The notes below the pieces were generated by a model. The model had not been told where the DNA came from and ran no database searches. It worked only from the letters and a program-made list of their open reading frames with translations. Below, piece by piece: positions 58,176 through 64,000 of a DNA stretch of 64,000 nt. Source of the DNA: a virus (lineage: Duplodnaviria > Caudoviricetes). The position numbers and the translations under genes are program-made. The stretch lies in the IMG/VR virus record IMGVR_UViG_3300035703_002708. One strand, 5' to 3'. The stretch's first letter is position 1. Each line of letters begins with the position of its first letter.

Positions 58176-58205
58176 AAAAAGGGGACCATCGGGTCTCCTT
58201 TTTTT
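58176..58205 (+). terminator. Intrinsic terminator ending the ncRNA unit
   Basis: AAAAAGGGGACC-ATCG-GGTCTCC followed by T run. Confidence 0.8.
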
Positions 58206-58239
58206 GTTTTATACACTATTTATAAAAAAAGGACATACT

Positions 58240-58545
58240 ATGGTTAATATAATGATTTCTGAAGAACAACTTGCCAGATTGGTTAATAAAATGAAACCAG
58301 TTAATGAAAGCAAAGATGGTAGTTATATGGCAAAACAACAACTATTTACCATCGCTACAATGGCTCACGAAATGTGGCAAGCGTTGGATGAGGGAGAACA
58401 ATTGGACGATTGGATGGAATCAAAAATCGCACAAGCAGACCAAAGTATTACTTCCGTTGTTAAGGCTTATTTCTATGATGAGATAACCGATGACCAAAAA
58501 GGAATGGGAATGTTGAATTACGATGATTTAGTAATAGGAAAATAA
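58240..58545 (+). CDS. Small protein with N-terminal leader, putative head-internal protein
   Basis: MVNIMISEEQLARLVNKMKPVNE; TATTTAT at 58217. Confidence 0.6.
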   Translation: MVNIMISEEQLARLVNKMKPVNESKDGSYMAKQQLFTIATMAHEMWQALDEGEQLDDWMESKIAQADQSITSVVKAYFYDEITDDQKGMGMLNYDDLVIGK

Positions 58546-58558
58546 AAAACGATATATT

Positions 58559-59014
58559 ATGAAACCCCTCCGAAAATATTTCAGTTTGTTGGGGACACTT
58601 CTTGGACTTTTTCTACCATTATTTTTAGGATTAATTGCAGGGTTCGACAAACCTTCATTTTCAAGTTATTATTTTACAGATGCCAAACTATTTTTTATTG
58701 TTAGTTTGACAATCATATCTTTAAGTTTTGTTACATTATCCAAAACTTGGTTCATACCCTGTTTATCACTTATCGTACTAACATACTTCAATTGTCACGA
58801 TTTTAGTGAGATACATCAATTCGCGGCTCATTTATTTTTTGCTAGTTCAACTTATCTAATACTCAAAGACAAAAGGTTCAGGGGATTTGGATTTTTGATA
58901 TTACTTGCGACTCCGATTGTATTTTTCTCTATTTACTATTTTGAACTAATCTCGGTTTTACTTATTTCAATTTTTCACTTATTTTATATGCGAAGAATTC
59001 TAAAAACAAAATGA
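58559..59014 (+). CDS. Multi-pass membrane protein
   Basis: About five hydrophobic segments; contains IHQFAAHLFF. Confidence 0.65.
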   Translation: MKPLRKYFSLLGTLLGLFLPLFLGLIAGFDKPSFSSYYFTDAKLFFIVSLTIISLSFVTLSKTWFIPCLSLIVLTYFNCHDFSEIHQFAAHLFFASSTYLILKDKRFRGFGFLILLATPIVFFSIYYFELISVLLISIFHLFYMRRILKTK

Positions 59015-60027
59015 CTATGAGATTAATACTTCTATTTTTATTATTTCCAATATTTTTAAAATCTCAACTAATACCTGAGGTCGGATACAAACTACAACTT
59101 ACTAATCAATTAGGTGTAATAAGACAATTAATTATCGCATTTGATAGTACAACATCAGATGGATTTGATTTGTGTTGTGATGCGGGAACTTTTGGAGGAC
59201 CAAACTCATTTTTAGGTATATATACACTTCTGAATGGAAACACATATTCGATTATGGCTTATGATAAACTGATTTCTGACAGAAGTATTAGTTTATATAC
59301 AACAGCAAACCCTGACCTTATTGAATTTACAATAAATGTAGTTGATACAATAGGTTATGAAAAAACAATAGTATCCTTATCTGATTCAGTATTTCCTGAC
59401 CAAAAGTTCAACTTTCCTTATACCTGTCAAGGTCCGATAACAGGAAATAGATTTACATTTCATACATCAGCACCTGTCAAATTAAATGTGATTAATGGTT
59501 GTGAGAGCGATAGCGGTGGTAGGGTAATCATCAATAATCCTAATGACAAATGGTCAGAAGAACTACGTTTGTATGGTGAATTATTTCAAAATGTAGATGA
59601 TACAATCATAACAAATCTTCAAAGCGGTTCTTACCAATATAAATGGTATAATCAAACAGGAGAACAAACTATTGATTTTGAAGTTAATAACAATCCATTT
59701 GATTTTGATTTGTTATTACCCAATAATTATGTATGGATAGACGACCCTGGTATCATACCACAATTATTCATAACGGGAAATTATGACCAAATAATGTGGA
59801 ACTTTGGAGATGGAAGTGAACCGAGATATGACGATTTGAACCCTGTTTATTATTATTCAGAGGTTGGACAATATACATTGGCTGTGACTGTAACGTCAGG
59901 CAATTGCACAAAAACCATTCAAGAAGTCATCACCGTAGATGATATTTTTGGATTTCCTAACATAAAATCAAAAAAAAATGATTATCCATTCTATTATGGA
60001 TTGGATGGTCGATTACACAAAAAATGA
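59011..60027 (+). CDS. Secreted PKD-domain protein
   Basis: Signal peptide; WNFGDG and PVYYYSEVGQYTL PKD; ends YYGLDGRLHKK. Confidence 0.7.
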   Translation: MTMRLILLFLLFPIFLKSQLIPEVGYKLQLTNQLGVIRQLIIAFDSTTSDGFDLCCDAGTFGGPNSFLGIYTLLNGNTYSIMAYDKLISDRSISLYTTANPDLIEFTINVVDTIGYEKTIVSLSDSVFPDQKFNFPYTCQGPITGNRFTFHTSAPVKLNVINGCESDSGGRVIINNPNDKWSEELRLYGELFQNVDDTIITNLQSGSYQYKWYNQTGEQTIDFEVNNNPFDFDLLLPNNYVWIDDPGIIPQLFITGNYDQIMWNFGDGSEPRYDDLNPVYYYSEVGQYTLAVTVTSGNCTKTIQEVITVDDIFGFPNIKSKKNDYPFYYGLDGRLHKK

Positions 60028-60170
60028 AACCAACAGGATTATTTGTGATTTGGATGTTATTAACAATTTTACTAACTTTCAGCATTATTGGTGTGATACT
60101 TTTCATACCTAACGGCACCAACCCTTCTACATGGATGCAAATAGGATTGAAATTGTTAGATAAAATTTAA
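60024..60170 (+). CDS. Small TM protein (48 aa)
   Basis: MKPTGLFVIWMLLTILLTFSIIGVILF...; ATGA overlap; not in track. Confidence 0.45.
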   Translation: MKPTGLFVIWMLLTILLTFSIIGVILFIPNGTNPSTWMQIGLKLLDKI

Positions 60171-60174
60171 ATTT

Positions 60175-60534
60175 ATGACACAAGAAGATTTTGAAAATCA
60201 TTTGAAACCCGCATATGAAGTTTATCTGAAAGAACATAAGTCAGAACCTTTTGTTTTATTGGATGAGTGCGATTTGACATATCAAGAATTTTTGAATAAA
60301 ATTAGAAGTCGGTATTCATTTGCCCATATGTGGGGCGTAGACCTCAAGGTAGAGTTGTTATCAGACGAAGAAAGATACAAAATTTGGTATGGAAATAATT
60401 TTGAGACAGGATTTGAATATAATCCAAAAATTTTACCTAACTTTGATGACGAATATTGGGAACCAACACCAATAAAGAAATTTGTTTTAACTTACAATAA
60501 CAAAACATTTGAATTTTACGAACCTTCAAAATAA
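60175..60534 (+). CDS. Hypothetical protein
   Basis: 119 aa. Confidence 0.55.
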   Translation: MTQEDFENHLKPAYEVYLKEHKSEPFVLLDECDLTYQEFLNKIRSRYSFAHMWGVDLKVELLSDEERYKIWYGNNFETGFEYNPKILPNFDDEYWEPTPIKKFVLTYNNKTFEFYEPSK

Positions 60535-60541
60535 ATAAGAC

Positions 60542-60790
60542 ATGGGAAAAGTAATTTTAGAATTTGATTCAGTTGAAGAGTCACAAGATGCAAGAGTTGC
60601 ATTGGACGCCATGAAATGGAAGATGTCGATGTGGGACTTGGACCAAAAACTTCGCACGGTCACAAAACACGGTATTAAATTTTCAAGTAACAACCAAGAA
60701 GCAACATCAGAAGAAATCGATTTTGCCGATAAAGTTCGTGAAGAAATCCGAGACATACTTAATGGTTATGGTTTAAATTTAGAAGATTAA
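60542..60790 (+). CDS. Hypothetical protein
   Basis: 82 aa. Confidence 0.6.
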   Translation: MGKVILEFDSVEESQDARVALDAMKWKMSMWDLDQKLRTVTKHGIKFSSNNQEATSEEIDFADKVREEIRDILNGYGLNLED

Positions 60791-60793
60791 GTT

Positions 60794-61117
60794 ATGAACA
60801 GAGAAATTAAAAAAGGAAATCTTAACTATGACCAATCAGGTAGAGCATATCCTGATAATCCTGAAATTAAGGAAAATTGGGATTGTATTTGGGAAAATAA
60901 TGGTAAATATTATGAGTTGGTTGGTGACAATGAACATAAGGAGTGGGAAGAAGTCAGTAATAGAATGAAAATCAACAGAGAAGAACTATACAAACTCTAT
61001 ATGGAGTGGGTGGAACAAGTTACGGAGGAATGTGATTGGAAGACTTCATTTGGTCCTGAAGAAATAGTTGGAGCAATTGCTACCATTTTAGAAAATAATC
61101 CACATTTGTATGAGTAA
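60794..61117 (+). CDS. Hypothetical acidic protein
   Basis: 107 aa. Confidence 0.55.
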   Translation: MNREIKKGNLNYDQSGRAYPDNPEIKENWDCIWENNGKYYELVGDNEHKEWEEVSNRMKINREELYKLYMEWVEQVTEECDWKTSFGPEEIVGAIATILENNPHLYE

Positions 61118-61286
61118 AGAATTAATCTCTAAACTTTTAAAGGCATCTCAAGAAATTGATAGAACACCCAAAGCCAATTACATCCATTTAACTACACACT
61201 TTATTCAAAGTGAGGCTGATAAAAATGGGGTTACATTTGATGAAATGGTTGAAATTATTGAGAATGTCTTGAATCCAAAACAATAG
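61110..61286 (+). CDS. Small hypothetical protein (58 aa)
   Basis: MSKELISKLLKASQEIDR...; fills gap in operon; not in track. Confidence 0.5.
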   Translation: MSKELISKLLKASQEIDRTPKANYIHLTTHFIQSEADKNGVTFDEMVEIIENVLNPKQ

Positions 61287-61292
61287 AAAGTT

Positions 61293-61508
61293 ATGAATGA
61301 TATAAATAAACTAATAGAACAAGGTAAAGAATTGGCTCGTAAACACGAAGAAATTCGTGATGAAATTCTAAACAATCCTGATATGGCTCAGGAATTAAAA
61401 GATATTATCATTAAAAATAGAATACCCGATGATAATGTTATCGATTTATCTGGGGGTAAAAGAATAAAAAGAATAGACCCTGACACATTTGAAATTGAAT
61501 ATGAATAA
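61293..61508 (+). CDS. Hypothetical protein
   Basis: 71 aa. Confidence 0.5.
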   Translation: MNDINKLIEQGKELARKHEEIRDEILNNPDMAQELKDIIIKNRIPDDNVIDLSGGKRIKRIDPDTFEIEYE

Positions 61509-62631
61509 CATCGATAAGCAATACCAAGCACTCCTACAAGACATACTTGACAATGGAGTTGAGAAGAAAGACCGCACAGGAACTGGTACCATTTCAGTGT
61601 TTGGTAGACAAATCCGTCATAAAATGTCTGATGGGTTTCCACTACTCACAACAAAGAAAATGGCTTGGAAAACTATGGTAACAGAATTACTGTGGTTTTT
61701 AAAAGGTGATACTAATATCAAATACCTTGTTGATAATGATTGTCATATTTGGGATGGTGATGCGTATAAGAACTTCAAGAGTAGATTTAGTCAAATGCCT
61801 GGCATTCAATCTTCGCTTCCTACAAAAGAAGAGTTTATCGATAAAATAAAAAATCAAGATGGATATGCTGAATTGTGGGGTGAATTAGGACCAATTTATG
61901 GTAAACAGTGGAGAAAATGGGAAGTAAATGAACCCAAAGAAATTTTAAGAACTGAAAATGTTACTTGGCCTTATGAACCAAACCCACACACATACCAACA
62001 AAGGGTAGGTACGTTCAAGATAAAACAAATAGACCAAATCCAAAATTTAATCAACAACCTTAAAACAAACCCAGACTCAAGACGATTAATGGTTAATGCT
62101 TGGAATGTAGGTGAATTGGACCAAATGGTTCTTCCACCCTGTCATTATGGATTTCAAGTTTATACAAGAGAGTTGAGTAGAGATGAACGATTTAGATTAT
62201 ATGTCAAAAGAGATAACCCATTATACCCTTTAAATGTTAAAGATGTTAACGAGTATTTAACATTGATAGGAATACCTAAACGAGCAATCTCTTTAATGTG
62301 GAATCAACGTTCAGTAGATACATTCTTAGGTTTACCATTCAATATTGCTAGTTATGGTTTGCTGCTTGAAATTATTGCTAAGGAAATAAATATGGTACCT
62401 GATGAATTGATTGGAAACTTAGGTGATGTACATCTTTATAGTAACCATGTTGAACAGGCTAAGGAACAAATTAGTAGAAAACCATTTGAGTTGCCTAAAT
62501 TAAATATTTTTGAACCAGCAATCGGTAAAGAAATATCTATACTGGATAATTTACATATATGGTCACCTAATTGTTTTATTATAGAAAACTATCAATCACA
62601 CCCCACCATTAAAGCACCTTTATCCAATTAA
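61501..62631 (+). CDS. thyA: Thymidylate synthase
   Basis: DRTGTGT, FPLLTTKK, ELLWFL, LGPIYG, DSRR, LPPCH, QRSVD.FLGLPFNIASY, H.YSNH. Confidence 0.95.
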   Translation: MNNIDKQYQALLQDILDNGVEKKDRTGTGTISVFGRQIRHKMSDGFPLLTTKKMAWKTMVTELLWFLKGDTNIKYLVDNDCHIWDGDAYKNFKSRFSQMPGIQSSLPTKEEFIDKIKNQDGYAELWGELGPIYGKQWRKWEVNEPKEILRTENVTWPYEPNPHTYQQRVGTFKIKQIDQIQNLINNLKTNPDSRRLMVNAWNVGELDQMVLPPCHYGFQVYTRELSRDERFRLYVKRDNPLYPLNVKDVNEYLTLIGIPKRAISLMWNQRSVDTFLGLPFNIASYGLLLEIIAKEINMVPDELIGNLGDVHLYSNHVEQAKEQISRKPFELPKLNIFEPAIGKEISILDNLHIWSPNCFIIENYQSHPTIKAPLSN

Positions 62632-62633
62632 TC

Positions 62634-63218
62634 ATGGAACAACAAACAGATTTTCAAGAAATCTTAAAACTTATGACCCTCAAGTTAAATAATGTCTCAT
62701 ACAACAACGGTGATATATCAGACATAGGTAATGAAGTTGGGTTAGCAATTGGGTCAATTTTGGAAAATATGACCGATGAAGAAATAGATGACTTTGTAAG
62801 TGGATTTAGACACGGAGTAAGTTTAACAAATGGAACACATTAAATTATGAAAACAGAATTAGAAATCAAACAAAAGTATGACGAAATGTTAAAACATACT
62901 GAATACTTGATGGGTCTTATAGAAAATTCGCCAGACTTAACTAATGACCAAATTAAAGAAATAATTTGTGAGCAAAACGCTCAACATCAGATGAATGCCT
63001 TGATGAGGTGGGTATTGAACATTAAACAATAAATTAATATATTTTGTATTATGGCAAAACTTGAAACGCAATACGAAAACTATTTGAAGGAGGTACCAAC
63101 CTCAACTTACTCATTTGATGAATGGTTAACCGAAGTTTGGGAACCTGAGATTGATGAACTAAAGGAGTGGGATGTCACTTTATCAGATGGATTGGACGAT
63201 ACTGAAAAATGGAACTAA
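62634..63218 (+). CDS. Three small hypothetical ORFs (62634-62843, 62847-63032, 63051-63218)
   Basis: Co-oriented, closely spaced ATG-start ORFs of 69, 61 and 55 aa. Confidence 0.5.
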
Positions 63219-63333
63219 CAAAAATAAACTTAAATAAACAAAACCGAATGTTACGGATTGGTTTTGGGAAACACTATGGAACTTGGTTTTTCAGAATTGA
63301 TTTGTGGTTCTTCGGTATAAGATTAAATTAATT

Positions 63334-64000
63334 ATGAAATTACAAGAATTATTAACAGAAATTCTCACATCAGGAGAATTTACCAAACCAAAGGACAAAT
63401 TTGGAATTACTAATGAAACAATTTACGGAGAAGAATTAGAACAATTCAAAGACCGAATTTTACAAACAGAAGAGTTTGCCGACTGTGAAGAATTGATTAT
63501 AATGAAACATCCAGTCAATCAAAACGAACTCGGAGAAGTAATCCACCCAAAGATGTATAAAGTAAGTAGCGAGGATAAACACACATTCAAAGGGAAGTGT
63601 TATTTGTTATCGTTAGCACTTACACCTGAAATGTATGACCCCAAGAAATTACACGAACCTGTATTGGAAGGTGCTTGTATTACACCAACTATTTATGACC
63701 AACAAACTTTTGAACCAAAAAAGAAAATTGTTTTAGAATTTTCTCCTGAATTGGCACAAGACCAACATATATATGATTTGGGTAATCCATCTATGATTGA
63801 GGATGCCGAAAAAAACGGAGAAACAATTTTAAGAAAACAATTACACGAAAAACTTGATAAGATTTTAGACAATCCTGAAAATTATAAAGTTAAAGGTGAA
63901 AAAGGTATGTTGGTGAGAGGTCTTTTTGAAGAAGTTAATAACAAAAATACAAATTCCAAAACCGACCTTTTAGGACTTCAAACAGAAAAACAAACTCACA
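63334..64000 (+). CDS. Hypothetical protein, 3'-truncated by window
   Basis: Open frame from ATG 63334 (MKLQELLTEIL...) to window end. Confidence 0.6.
   Translation, partial: MKLQELLTEILTSGEFTKPKDKFGITNETIYGEELEQFKDRILQTEEFADCEELIIMKHPVNQNELGEVIHPKMYKVSSEDKHTFKGKCYLLSLALTPEMYDPKKLHEPVLEGACITPTIYDQQTFEPKKKIVLEFSPELAQDQHIYDLGNPSMIEDAEKNGETILRKQLHEKLDKILDNPENYKVKGEKGMLVRGLFEEVNNKNTNSKTDLLGLQTEKQTH

Noticed and set aside
6346-58223. TATTTATA read as a T4 late promoter (TATAAATA) acting on the opposite strand
   Set aside because: For genes on both strands the motif reads TATTTAT on the coding strand just upstream of the start, so its orientation follows the gene.
759-61642. Many 60-160 aa ORFs antisense or out of frame to larger genes (e.g. 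997-1419, 16794-17249, 17658-18044, 52248-52733)
   Set aside because: They are shadows of the real coding frame, with no motifs, promoters or plausible composition.
61489-62631. Group I intron or intein in thyA
   Set aside because: The ORF is continuous, the insertions are short, and no intein Cys/His-Asn ends or endonuclease motifs are visible.
1-64000. Stop-codon reassignment (alternative genetic code)
   Set aside because: Long ORFs tile the window under the standard code, and TAA, TAG and TGA all end genes at plausible boundaries.

Overview
A 64 kb, AT-rich, densely coding segment of a large tailed phage, probably a myovirus. The host is probably Bacteroidota, judged from TTTG-N19-21-TAnnTTTG promoters, a Bacteroidota-type sigma70, T9SS CTD proteins and SprB repeats. 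It opens with the end of a baseplate/tail/adhesin module (1-12.6 kb). A replication/recombination block follows (RuvC-like resolvase, primase, PD-(D/E)xK nuclease, SbcCD-like pair), then a restriction-methylase fusion, a sigma factor, a probable lysis cluster, probable head-internal proteins and a long mixed accessory region (DnaJ, Dam-family and N4/N6 methylases, tandem LRR proteins, thioredoxin/glutaredoxin, GIY-YIG, DHH, NUDIX, ThyA). The top candidate for a new system is a TROVE/Ro60 gene (56071-57696) followed by a separately promoted ~410-nt non-coding unit with three covarying Y-RNA-like repeats; the first carries a four-armed, circularly permuted tRNA-like insert. Other highlights are a phage-encoded outer-membrane barrel plus T9SS-substrate cassette (40.0-43.2 kb) and a set of genes that share a TATTTAT upstream motif and an N-terminal [ILV]xE leader, suggesting capsid-packaged cargo. 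All annotations come from reading motifs by eye; no database search or computation was run.
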